Assembly (NCBI RefSeq): GCF_032191835.1
Contig: NC_083223.1
Location: forward strand, 138,322,001-138,386,000
Direction: 5' to 3'
Source of the DNA: Heteronotia binoei
Lineage: Eukaryota
DNA: 64,000 bases
Below are positions 11,425 to 23,478 of this stretch, in pieces; position 1 is the stretch's first letter, and every line of letters begins with the position of its first letter. The translations under genes and the position numbers were made by a program. The notes under the pieces were generated by a model. It was not told where the DNA came from. It searched no databases and worked only from the letters and a program-made list of their open reading frames with translations.

Positions 11425-14400
11425 ACACGGCAGATTCAACAGCCTGGGTATTCCCAATTAGAGAAGCCCTATACGGGGCTCAGGGGAGCCCAGGTTGTGC
11501 ATTGAGACGGAGAATACCTGAGGCGATGTGGACAGAAGCTTGCTCCTCGGCCGGGCCAACCAAGAGACCAAGAGACTGCAGGAAAGACCTCGCCTCCCCT
11601 CCCAGACTGCCAGGCTATAGATGTCCCGAGCGGCCGAATTAAACCCTGAAGTTGTTGTCGTCACCTGCACTTGCACTTTAACATCAATGGAGATTAACTT
11701 ACAAACGATATACCACTGAAGAACATCTATGGGCAGTGTGCAATAATCTCCCAACAGAATATTTGGACTCACACCCCACTGATGAACGACGGTTAGCTCA
11801 CTAATAGAACCTAGTATTATTATTGTTAATTAATTATTCGATTAATTTATCAATCAATTAGCAACTGAATTAATATATTTATATTTTAAAAAATTAGCTT
11901 ATTAATTAGGATGGGGTGGGAGGGATTATTTATTAGTAAGGTTAAGAATAAACGAATTTATAGGAATTTTTAACTAATTGATTGTAAAGTAGATTGGGAG
12001 GGTTAATTAAATTAATCAATTGATTTACGATATAAATTGTGGGTTTATGAGCCGGGAATCGGAGGGGTTGGTGAGAAGGGGTGGACTAGAACGACGGGTG
12101 GAGACAAATCGGGGGAGTGACACCGGTGAGTTTATCTTGGGCTGGTGCAGATGTTCGGCCAAGGGATCCCAGTGCTCCTGCGGAGGGGAAGATATGACGG
12201 TGGGAATAGACAGAAATATAATGGAAGGAGACAGAGACAAAATGGTGCTCGGCCACCTTCCAGTCTATTTCCCATCCCAACGGTGGCAGGTAGTGGGGCC
12301 AAGAGGAAATGCTCGCCTCTGTCATTGGTGTTATGTAACACCAGGTCCATAAATAATAAGACCGCAATCCTTAAGGAGTTCCTGCTACAGCAGAACGTGG
12401 ACCTGGCTTGCGTGACCGAGACCTGGGTGAGGGATGGGGAGACAGTAGCTCTCTCCCAGATGTCCCCCCTGGGATACTCGGTCTTTCACCAATCATGGAT
12501 TAGCGGGCGGGGGGGAGGGGTAGCGCTACTCATACGGGAGGATTACTCCTTTCGGGCTCTCCCGGACCCAAAGATCGACGGAGTTGAATGCGCCGGTCTG
12601 GCGTGGGATGTTGGAGAGGGGTTGGCAGTTTGACTGGTGTACCGTCCGCCTAACACACCAGCTAACGCCTTACCATCACTATTGGAGGCAGTGGCGGGCT
12701 GGGCGTTGGAGTACCCGAGGCTAATGGTCCTGGGTGACTTCAACGTCCATGCTGACGACACGGCCTCCACTCAGGCGATGGACCTAGTGTCGTCCATGGC
12801 AACACTGGGACTCTCTCAATTTGTCACGACTCCCACGCATCAGGCCGGGCACACATTAGACCTGATCTTTGCGTCCGGGATCGTGGTGAACGATATCGCC
12901 GTAGAAGCGGTTCCATGGTCGGATCACCTAGCCCTTAAGGCCCGTATGGGGGCGCCGCCCCAACCCTGTATGGGCGGAGAACCTATTTTGGCTCGCCCTC
13001 GGGGCCTGATGGACCCAGAACGGTTCCAAACGGCCCTGAGGGATCCCTGGCCCACTGGCAATTCCCTCAATGACCTGGTGGAAATCGGGCAAGGCCAGCT
13101 ATCCAGGGCTATCGATGAAATTGCACCCCGGCGTCCTCTGCGCCCTCGTATGAAGCTGGCTCCATGGTATACCTTGGAGCTGCGCCAGCTGAAACAAGGG
13201 CTCAGACGACGAGAGAGGCAGTGGAGGCATACTCGGGACGAAGCGACGAGAACATCCTACAGAACGTTTATGAAGTCTTATGAGATGGCAGTCAAGGCTG
13301 CAAAGAAAGATTACTTTGCAACCAAGATTGCATCTGCAAATTCGCGCCCAGCACAATTATTGGGGATCTTATAACATTGCCACAAGGCAAACCAAACGTT
13401 AGAGAATTAGAAATAGGCTGTGAGGCATTTGCGAAATACTTTGCAGATAAAATCTCGTTACTCCGCCAAGACCTGCCTACCACGTTGGATACAGTGAGTG
13501 AAATTGGGGCTCCGTGCCTGTCTTCGGGTTCAGTGCTGGATCACTTCGACCCACTCAGCCTGGAGGAAGTCGACAGAATCCTCTCCGCTGCTCGCCCAAC
13601 AACATGTGATCTGGACCCTTGCCCCTCTTGGCTGATTAAATCTTGCCAGAGGGAGCTTAGATGTCCTTTACGGGACATCATAAATAGATCCCTCCTAGAG
13701 GGGCATTTTCCAACACCTCTGAAAGAGGCCTCGGTCCGCCCTCTCTTGAAAAAAGCTACAGCAGACCCGGCCGAATTGGCGAACTATCATCCGGTGTCTA
13801 ATTTACCGTTTTTAGGTAAAATTATTGAGAGGGCTGTGGCGTTGCAGCTACAGAGATTTCTGGATGACGCTTCTATCCTAGACCCATGCCAGTCTGGCTT
13901 CCGGCCGGGCCATGGGACGGAGACGGTGCTGGTCGCCTTGATGGATGACCTCCAGCGGCAACTGGATCGAGGCGGCGTTGCGGTGCTGATGCTGTTAGAC
14001 CTGTCGGCGGCATTTGACACAGTCGACCATCAGCTACTGACGCGCCGCCTCGCCGACATTGGGTTGGGGGGTCGGCCTTACAATGGCTTTCCTCCTTTCT
14101 CCTGGGTCGGGGACAGAGGGTGGCTATCGGGGGTGAGCGGTCCCGGAGGCACACACTGGATTGTGGGGTGCCTCAGGGAGCAGTTCTCTCCCCGATGTTG
14201 TTCAACATCTATATGCGCCCCCTTGCCCAGATTGCCCGGCGGTTTGGGCTGGGTTGCCATCAATATGCAGATGACACCCAGCTCTATCTATTAATGGACG
14301 GCCGGCCCGACTCCGCCCCAGGGAATCTCGACCGGGCTTTACAGGCTGTTGCGACGTGGCTTAGGCTGAGTGGGCTGAAGTTGAAGCCAGCAAAGACAGA

Positions 14401-15365
14401 GGTCCTTTGTGTGGGTCACGGCGCTCTGGGAGGGGGAATAGCTCTCCCGGCCTTCGACGGTGTGCCATTGAAAGCAGCGCACCAGGTAAAGAGCCTGGGT
14501 GTTCTACTGGAGCCTTCATTATCCATTGAGGCCCAGATAGTAGCCACTGCCAAGTCAGCATTCTTCCACCTGAAGCGGGCAAGGCAGTTGGCACCTTTCC
14601 TTGAGCGCCGGGACCTCGCAACGGTGATCCATGCAACGGTCACCTCAAGATTGGACTACTGTAATGCCCTCTACTTGGGGCTACCTTTGTGCCGGACCCG
14701 GAAGCTGCAGCTAGTGCAGAACGTGGCGGCCAGGCTGTTGTTGGGACTCCCGAAATGGGAACATATACGGCTGGGGCTACGTGGACTGCACTGGCTGCCG
14801 ATTATATACCGGGTCCAGTACAAAGTGTTGGTCATTACCTTTAAAGCCTTATATGGCTGAGGACCCGCCTACCTGAGGGACCGTCTTTCCCCCTATGAAC
14901 CCCAGAGAGCACTGAGGTCAGCCGGGAAAAATCTAATGGCTATCCCTGGGCCGAAAGAGATTAAACATCAAAATATCAGAGCACGGGCCTTTTCAACCGC
15001 GGCCCCTGCCCTATGGAACCAACTCCCTGAGGAGGTGCGGGCCCTGCGGAACCTTGACCAGTTCCGCAGGGCCTGCAAGACCACCCTTTTTAAACTTGCT
15101 TACTCAGACTGCTAAAGAAGGCTGTTAAATAAGGATCCACCAATGCAGTTTAAAGACTTAGACCGCTGTGTATAAACTGGCAGAACTAGCGTCAAACACC
15201 ACCAGCACTGTCAGACCAAACTATCTAATTGACTGGTTTTAATATTGTTAAATTTAATGTTTTATATTGTTAAATTTAAAGGTTTTATTTATTACTGTAT
15301 GTTTTTAAGAAATGTTGTTAGCCGCCCTGAGCCTGCCGAGGCGGGGAGGGCGGGATATAAATAAA

Positions 15366-15426
<61 letters not shown>
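11425..15426 (+). mobile_element. Young, near-intact L2-clade LINE (APE + RT)
   Basis: ORFs 12145-14860: LVLCNTRSINNK...ACVTETW...VYRPP...VLGDFN...WSDH, then YHPVSNLPFLGK...LLDLSAAFDTVDH...GVPQGAVLSP...QYADDTQLY. Only a few stops and frameshifts, abundant CpG, 3' UTR and (TTA)n tail. Confidence 0.95.
15367..15426. repeat. (TTA)n microsatellite, L2 tail
   Basis: About 20 perfect TTA units directly after the L2 terminus. Confidence 0.95.
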
Positions 15427-15639
15427 TGTTACAAAGGAACTCCACTTTAAACAAAAGTTTACAACTATTTACAGGTATTTAAAAACTGAACAGAAGACAC
15501 AAATCATAGTAGGGAAAAAACGCTCCTCTCCCTGTTATAAAACTTGCCCCAACTGGATGACATGCAGGGCAGGCATTTTACTTAGACAGTTACAAGCTTG
15601 ACCATACCTTCCTCAGACTGTTTCCATACTAACTGACTG

Positions 15640-16016
15640 ACTGCCAACTCTGGGTTTCCCGCCCAAAATCTCCAATATAAATTGCAGTTCTCACCCAGGA
15701 ACTGGTTTACCCTCCTGCAGCCTTCTGGGAGACCAGCCTGAAAGACTTCCTGTCTCTCTAGGAGATCCCCTCAGAATTGCTGTTTCCAGACAGGAGGAGA
15801 GGGGGAAGGGGGATGAGACTAGGCCGAAGCCTGACTCCAGTTTGACAGACTCTTCCAACCAACTCCCAGACAAACACAGGCCCAAAATGGCATTTCTCCA
15901 CACAGGTCATAGCTGTTGGGGGTGTGGCTCCAAAACACCAACCTGCTGGTTGTTGGTGGGCAGGAGCCTGTGAAATCAGGGGATCCCTGCTCCCGCCTGC
16001 GGGCTGGAAACCCTAA
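15640..16016. mobile_element. Degraded member of the TAGGGTTGCCA-ended MITE family
   Basis: Ends ...caggggatccctgctcccgcctgcgggctggaaacccta, the reverse complement of the 63220 element's left end. Confidence 0.5.
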
Positions 16017-16044
16017 ATGGGCACCCCTAATCCAGCTTCTAAAA

Positions 16045-16345
16045 TGGATGGCCAAACTGCGGTTTGGGAGTCACATGTGACGCTTTCACACATGTGGTGT
16101 GGCTGTTGTAGCCACCACTGCCCTGTGGACTGACTTGGAAAAAGCATTTCTCTCTTAAAATCATTTCTCCAAGTCAAGCCAGCTAGTGACTTGGAGAATG
16201 CATTTAAAGTTAAAGTTGCTTTCTTTGCACCTCCCCTCCTCCCCCCCCCCAACTATCTTCCTCCCTTCCTTCTCTCCCTCCCTGTCTTGCAGCTCTCAAA
16301 TATTTGACACTTATTCTGCGTGGCTCTTACATTTGGCCACCCCTG
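16045..16345. mobile_element. hAT MITE (CAGGGGTGGCCAAA TIR)
   Basis: Right end TTTGGCCACCCCTG, degenerate left end. TSD TTCTAAAA/TTCTAGAA (7/8). Related copy in opposite orientation at 36117. Confidence 0.75.
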
Positions 16346-16869
16346 TTCTAGAAGCTCATAGAAGGCCAGAGCGTAGCTGCTGCTGGTAAGCCAGAGGTGC
16401 CTATTTTTGAAGAAGCCATTTTCAAATAAATGTTTGGATTTAAAAAAGGGGAATGGGGCTGCAGAAGCAGCCTGTGTGTTGATTTGGAAGTATACATTTC
16501 CTTTTCTTCCTTAGAGAAAATAGATAGGAAAATATTTTTTCTGCCGAGGTACAATTTTTTTTGGAAATTTTACACCTCTAGGAAGAGGATGTGGATGAAA
16601 TCCAGTTTGAATAAACGTACTGGCAGTCACATTAACCTTTGACTTTGGTGAATGGGAGCCAACAGTGGGGAAACACCCTGATCAGCAAGTGCCTCTGATC
16701 TCTGCATTTGAGCCATAATGTGCTTGTATTATCACATTATCGAATGTTTGCATTTTAAACTATTCCCATTACTTTAAGCAAAAGTAGGCTCTTATGTGAG
16801 CCCTCAAGAATTTGTTTATGACCACAAGGGTCCTAATCACTGCTCCCTCTAATCTGTGGAATCTAGTGA

Positions 16870-17043
16870 ACAAAAATTCTACTTCATGAGCTATTGGCAT
16901 GAAAGTTGTGAGTGAGCGATTTGGCTACTACATGAATTAGTTTGCTCTGGGGCTGTCCTTCCTGAGCTAAGGCAACAATGTGTGAGCCAGAGTTTAAAAA
17001 ACTGTGAGCTAGCTCACACTAACTCAACTTAGAGGGAACACTG
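16870..17043. mobile_element. hAT-type MITE fragment ending TTAGAGGGAACACTG
   Basis: Terminus typical of CAGTGTTCCCTCTAA-TIR elements. Homologous fragment at ~23490-23589. Confidence 0.6.
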
Positions 17044-17071
17044 GTCCTTATATCTTGCCTGTGAGAGACTT

Positions 17072-17287
17072 CATATGAACATACGAAGCTGCCTTATACT
17101 GAATCAGACCCTTAGTCCATCAAAGTCAGTATTGTCTACTCAGACTGGCAGTGGCTCTCCAGGGTCTCAAGCTGAGGTTTTTCATGCCTACTTGCCTGGA
17201 CCCTTTTTAATTGGAGATGCCGGGGATTGAACCTGGGACCTTCTGCTTACTAAGCAGGTGCTCTACCACTGAGCTACCGTCCCTCCC
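17072..17287 (-). mobile_element. tRNA-derived SINE with CR1-type tail (Squam2-like)
   Basis: Minus strand: ...GGTAGCTCAGTGGTAGAGCACCTGC...GGTTCAATCCCCGGCATCTCCA head, then a body ending ...TATAAGGCAGCTTCGTATGTTCATATG. Confidence 0.8.
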
Positions 17288-18180
17288 TTGACTTCATTAT
17301 ATATGTGGGGGGTGGGGATATTGGATCAAATGGTACAAACACCAATGACAACCTTAGTTTCTTCACTAGAAATTCCCAGTCCTGAGAAACAATTATAAAT
17401 CTTGTATTCATCTAGGTCATTGTGCTAAAATATTTACGAATATGCTTAATTTCAGATTTTCCTGGCAAGCAGAAGTAAATGGAGATTATAAAATGCAGAA
17501 AGTCTTATTTATGTATTTACATGATGTTTGTTTTTAAAAATTATTGAAATCTGTGCAAGCATTTATATTTTAAAACGCTTAAGGCATTTGCTTCAAGCTG
17601 GTTGGAAGCATATGTATACTTGAAAAAATTGGAAGAGGCAAAAGTAAATCTTTAAACTTTTAACTGAAAACTCATCTGTTCATATTTAGTTTGTACAATT
17701 TAAATATTGGCTGCTTTGCATTACTTGCAATTTAACCAGCATTAACAAGTAATTTAACTTGTGATGCCTTTATAGATTGCTATAGTTTTGTCTGCATTTT
17801 TAGCACCAGAATTTCTATGAATGTAAATGTTTCCCCCCTCAGAGGCTTGCACATTAAATATAATTAAGTTGTTTGTTTAAAATATTCAAACTATACAGAC
17901 TTTCAGCATAATTTATGCATTTGTAGCATAAAAATAGTATTCTAAAATAAATAAAATTATAAACATCATTGATGTAAACTCTAAATCTTATTATGTGTGC
18001 ACCTTGCTTTCTGAGTTTGTTTTCATAACTCAACAATATGAATTTTAGTTGATTTTATTCTTCTCATTTATGTAAAACTCAGTTATGTTATGTATTTTCT
18101 AACACTGAGCACAAACCAGTCAAAATGAAGCACTTTGAAATTCCACTCATTTAACTTTGAGTAAGGACACTTGACTGGAA

Positions 18181-19478
18181 CATTTAGAAAGAATGGATGT
18201 GAATACTAAGAGCCAGCATGGGTTTCTCAAGAACAAGTCATGTCAGACTAACCTGATCTCTTTTTTTGAGAAAGTGACTACTTTGCTGGATCAGGGGAAT
18301 GCTGTAGACATCGTTTATCTTGATTTCAGTAAGGCTTTTGATAAGTTTTCACATACTCTCCTTGTTGACAAGTTGGTAAAATGTGGTTTGGATCCTGTTA
18401 CCGTTAGGTGGATCTGTAACTGGTTGACAGATAACACCAAAGAGTGCTTGTGAATGGTTCCTCATCCTCTTGGAGAGGAGTGACAAGTGGAGTGCCTCAA
18501 GGATCTGTCCTGGGGCCTGTTTTGTTCAACATCTTTATAAACAATTTGGATGAAGGAATAGAGGGAATGCTTATTAAATTTGCCGATGATACTAAATTGG
18601 GAGGGGTTGCAAATACAGTGAAAGACAGAAACAGGATACAGGATGACCTTGACAGAATGGAAAACTGGGCTAAAATCAATAAAATGAATTTTAACAGGGA
18701 TAAATGTAAAGTTCTGCGTTTAGGTAGGAAAAATCCCATGCATGATTATAGGATGGGGGAGACTTGTCTTAGCAGTAGTATGTGCGAAAAGGATCTAGGG
18801 GTCTTAGTGGATCATACACTGAACATGAGTCAACAGTGTGATGCGGTGGCTAAATAGGCAAATGCAATTTGGGGCTGTATCAACAGAAGTATAGTGTCCA
18901 GAGCACGTGATGTGATGGTATCGCTTTACTCTGCTCTGGTAAGACCTCACCTAGAGTTTTGTGTTCAGTTTTGGGCACCACATTTTAAGAAGGATATAGA
19001 CAAGCTGGAACGGGTCCAGAAGAAGGCAACAAATATGGTGAGGGGTCTGGAGACCGAATCCTATGAGGAAAGGTTGAAGGAACTGGGGATGTTTAGCCTG
19101 GAGAGGAGGCAGCAGAGAGGTGATATGATCACTGTCTTCAAGTACTTGAAGAGCTGTCATATAGAGGATGGTGTGGAATTGTTTTCTGTGGCCCCAGAAG
19201 GTAGGACCAGAACCAATGGATTGAAATTAATTCAAAAGAGTTTCCAGCTCAACACTAGGAAGAATTTCCTTTCTGTTAGAGTGGTTCCTCAGTGGAACAG
19301 GCTTCCTCAAGAGGTGATGGGCTCTCCTTCCTTGGAGGTTTTTAAACAGAGGCTAGATGGCCATTTGACAGCGATGAAGATCCTGTGAATTTAGAGGGAG
19401 ATATTCGTGAGTTTCCTGTATTGCGCAGGGGGTTGGACTAGATGACCCTGGAGGTCCATTCCAACGCTATGATTCTAT
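18181..19478 (+). mobile_element. CR1 LINE, 5'-truncated (RT and 3' UTR)
   Basis: SQHGFLKNKSCQTNLISFF...YLDFSKAFD...GVPQGSVLGPVLFNIF...KFADDTKL...LVRPHLEFCVQFWAPH. Terminal CTATGATTCTAT. Confidence 0.95.
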
Positions 19479-19528
19479 AATAAGTTTTGTGTTCTGTATG
19501 TTTTGGTTTTCCAATACATAACCTACAC

Positions 19529-19669
19529 TTAAAAACAGAGGCTAGGTGGCCATCTGACAACAATAAAGATCCTGTGAATTTAGGGGGAGGTGTCTGTGAG
19601 TTTCCTGCACTGTGCAGGGGGTTGGACTAGATGACCCTGGAGGTCCCTTCCAACGCTATGGTTCTATGA
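19529..19669 (+). mobile_element. Second CR1 3'-end fragment
   Basis: Repeats 19344-19478 with substitutions and ends CTATGGTTCTATGA. Confidence 0.85.
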
Positions 19670-19865
19670 CTAGATAGTTCCCATTGTTAGTACTGCTAAT
19701 TAATTAGAGGGAACTTTCTATCCTTCCTTTCTGTTATTAACATCATAAATTAATAATAGAATAATGGAGGGCTAAGAATAGGATTATAGCAAATAAACTA
19801 AAGCTTTAGTGTTGCATAGTGTGATATTTTCCCAGTGACAATTCCACACACACACACAAACTATC

Positions 19866-19917
19866 TATAATAATAATAATAATAATAATAACAACAACAA
19901 CAACAACAACAACAACA
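19866..19917. repeat. Compound (TAA)n(CAA)n microsatellite
   Basis: Directly visible. Confidence 0.9.
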
Positions 19918-20241
19918 GGTCATTTTCATTGTGAAAATGGCACAGGAAAAATGGTTAACCCTCCTCCTAGAACTGCAATCTTAATCTTTAATAGTCACAG
20001 CCTGTCTGCTATTAATGGAAATGTAAAGAGATGGGAAATCTGATTAATGATCACCCAATATGTTGCTTAGTTGAGCCTTAAGAAAAGCACTCAGGATGAC
20101 AATTTCCAACAATTTTTGAGATTTTCATAGTATTTTCAGCAGTTGAACAAATGACTCTGCAGTGTAATTTTTTTCATATCGACTGTCTGCCTCTTCATAA
20201 TGATGCTGTCGTCTCTGATTGTTCTTATACTAAATAATATT

Positions 20242-20338
20242 TAGAATCATAGAACTGGAATCATAGAGTTGGAAGGGATCTCCAGGGTCATCTACTCAAT
20301 CCCCCTGAACAATGCAGGAATTTCTCAGATACCTCCCA
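20242..20338 (-). mobile_element. CR1 3'-end fragment, minus strand
   Basis: tagaatcatag...agagttggaagggatctccagggtcatctactcaatcccc is the reverse complement of the CR1 terminus. Confidence 0.8.
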
Positions 20339-20559
20339 CACACACATACATCCTCACTGATTCTTCTTCCATATCTGTAGTTCCTGCGGTAGCCATGTCT
20401 GAGCCTGCAACTGGTGACCAACTTGCCAACCAACAGGGAGGAGGCTGTGGAGTGTTTTCCCACATCCATTCATCTGGCAGAGATTGCAGGATCCAGAGGT
20501 ATGGCATCTGCAGCAGCCATCAGGAGAACTCTATGGCCCAGGGCCTGGCAAGTCAACCT

Positions 20560-22505
20560 CCACACCAACATAATAGTTACAGCCTACCCAGCCTAATTAC
20601 AGCCTATCCATTTCAAGGTGACAAGGCTTTTTGGGGACTCCCTGAACAAAATCCTCATTGAAACCAGAGACAAGAAGAAAGCAATGCCCAGAACACTATG
20701 CTGTACTGACAAGAGACTCTTTGAGACTACTCCCTTCATTCCTAATAAGCCCTACCAAGATTCAGTAAAGAATACAGAAGGCAAAATTGGGGGTCCTAAC
20801 AGACAGTTCACAGGCAGAACTGACAACACATCTTGAGACAATAAGCCATCTAAGGCATGTGTATGATCCAGTTCCAGTGGGGGGGGGGGATGCCTTCTAC
20901 ATTTCCAAGAATGAATCAGCTCTCAGTTAGACAAGTGGTCCCTGAAGATAGTCACGAATGGATATTCCATAGAGTTCAACAGACCTCCAGTGGAATGTTT
21001 TCTTGTATCCACCATACACAATAATCCAGTCAAATGCTGCAGAACACAGTCAGCCATCTAATATCTTCTCTCCATTCAGGCCATCATCAGAAGGAGGCAC
21101 GGAGTTTGCTACATATTCTTCATGGTGCCAGAAAAGAATGGAGATTGGAGGACAATCTTAGACTTTTGAAGTATCTCAACAAATCCACCAGACTTGGACA
21201 TTTTCTTATGGAGACACTGAGATTCATCACAGAGGCATTGCAGCCAGAAGAGTACCGTACTTCAGTAGATCTGATGGAAGTGTAGCTACACATTCCAGTG
21301 TTTCCGGGACACAGAAGATCCCTTCAATTCTGTGTCAGAGTCTTCCACCTGCAGTTCAGGTCCTCTTATTCAGCCTCTCCACAGCACCACATATCTTCAG
21401 AAAAATCTTGATCAATCCTGTTGTAAAGTTAAGGGAGCAAGGAATTTCATATCTACCCTTAATTAGATTACTTAGACAACTCAAGCTCCCCAATTGAGTT
21501 GTGCCTAGATACAGAAACAGTTATCTGGTGCCTCCAGGATTATGGGTTCCTGCTCAATCTTCAGAAAAGTTTTCTGCAGCCAACACAAAGGTTAGAGCAA
21601 CTGGGTGTCTCTTTTTAACTGAGATAAAGACAAAGAAAATTAAGGAGATGTCACAAGCAGTCATAAAATCTTCTGTGATGACATTCACTAAACTGATGGG
21701 TCTACTAGTTTCCAGAATCTATGCTGTACAGTGGGGGCAGTTCCACATCTGACCTCTACAGTAGCTCCTGAGACCTTTCCAATCATAAATAATGAATAAG
21801 AGGAAGACCTGGCAATCAAAGGAGTCCTGAAAGTAAAGACCAGTCTTGTCTTACAAGGTAATATATACTGCACTCCAGTAGTGAAGCAGATCTTCATGGA
21901 CTCCAGTCTATCCAGGTGGGGAGTAATATTACTCAGCAGCACAGGGTCAATGAGTCCATCAGTGAGATGAGACTTTCCATCAGCATCCTGGAACTATGGG
22001 CGACTCATCTAGCCCTACTACACTTCAGCTCACAAGTGTTTGGACAACACGCCTTGATCAGAACAGACAACATATCTGCCAAGACATACCTCAACAAATG
22101 GGGAGGATCCAGCTCTTCAATGTTTCACAAGGAAGCTGTCAAAATCCTGGTGTGAGTGGGGAAGAATCTGGCATTGACCAAAAACCAAGCAGATAAAACG
22201 TCAATGAACACCCAGGCAGATCGGCTTAGCTGGCAGACCATTCAGGAAGTGGAATGGTCCCTGAAGAAGGATTTGTTCCAACCAATCACTGCACACTTCA
22301 GTCTTCCTCAGATGGACATGTTTGTGTCAGTCATCAGGTGACCAGTCATCAGATGAAATACTTCTTTGTCAGATTTTACCATTCCACAGCCAAAGCAACT
22401 GACACCTTGACATGCCAGTGGCCAAGCAGTCTTCTGTTCACTCTTCCATTAATGCTGGTTCTTCTGAAATTGATCAGGAAGGTCAAGGAGCAGAAGGCAG
22501 AAATA
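20560..22505 (+). mobile_element. DIRS1-type (tyrosine-recombinase class) retrotransposon remnant: RT-RNase H-MT region
   Basis: Across frameshifts: W..ILD..YLNK...FLMETLR...SVDLMEV.LHIP.FPGHRR.LQF...STAPHIF, RNase H SILELWATHLAL...LIRTDNISAKTYLNKWGG, and a DLFAS-like QMDMFVS...WP..L...LLKLIRKV. No recombinase visible. Confidence 0.8.
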
Positions 22506-23334
22506 TAGTTTCTGCTCTTATTGTTACTAATTATTCTCCTGGTTATAGTTGAAGAGTATTATTTCTTAGCAGATCATTGATTCCTTTTTGGAGTTACCAG
22601 AACTGGAGAGTTGGGTGACTCCCATCAAGCAAATAGGAAGACTTTGTTCTGGTCTCCCTCATGGGAAGTTGGGAATACGGAAGTTGGCTACGGGTCTGGA
22701 GAAAGCTGGGAAAGAAGAGTCGGGCTTGGAGGTGGATTGTGTTGTGTTGTGTTCTTGGAAGGAGGGGAAGTTCTGGGAGTGAGGCAAAGAGTATTCTGTG
22801 TGTGTGTAGCAAGCATTGTCTCCTTCCTCTATTGGAGTTGTGTTTTTGTTCCAAGTGGGGTCTAGGATTATACCCTGGCATGGTCCCTGCTTGCTTTCCT
22901 TCTCTCCCCCCACATTTCTTTCTAAAGCTGTTTTTTTATTCATGACCCTCCCCTCTCATTCTCTTGCTTCAAGGGTTAATCGAGCCAGCTGGAGGGTCGT
23001 GAGTTTACCTCTGATCCTTCCCACCACCACCCCTGTGGTGGCTGCAGTGGATGTGGCCTGCAAAAATTTTTTATTTAAAGTAACATTTTTTTTAACTTTC
23101 TGAAATTTGATCCTATCCCTTTTCATTCTGGTTTTTAAAAATATTATTTTCATTTCTGTTTGTGATCCTGCAGACATCCTGGAATTTCCCTGCTGCATCG
23201 CTACTGAAATAATGTGGTTTCATCCCCCTACCTCTCTTGCTAGTGGGAGGCTTTCTTTTGGTGACAAAGGGTATTTATTTCCTGTGGTGATTTTCTTTAT
23301 TATAATTTATAATTTAAATTTAAATAATGTATAA

Positions 23335-23478
23335 TTTTTTCATTATAACAATGTAATGATGGAAATAAAGTGCACAATTGTATCATCCTGAAGCCATCCC
23401 TCCCCCCCTCCCGGTGCTTGGAAAAATTATCTTCCCCAAAACCGGTCCCTGGTGCCAAAAAGATTGTAAACCACTGAG
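23335..23478. mobile_element. MER1/Charlie-like hAT MITE 3' half
   Basis: gaaaaattatcttccccaaaaccggtccctggtgccaaaaagattgtaaaccactg resembles Charlie-type termini as recalled. Confidence 0.6.

Noticed and set aside
17210-17287. Apparent tRNA gene on the minus strand
   Set aside because: The tRNA-like head has a disrupted anticodon loop and runs straight into a SINE body with a CR1-type tail, so it is a SINE.
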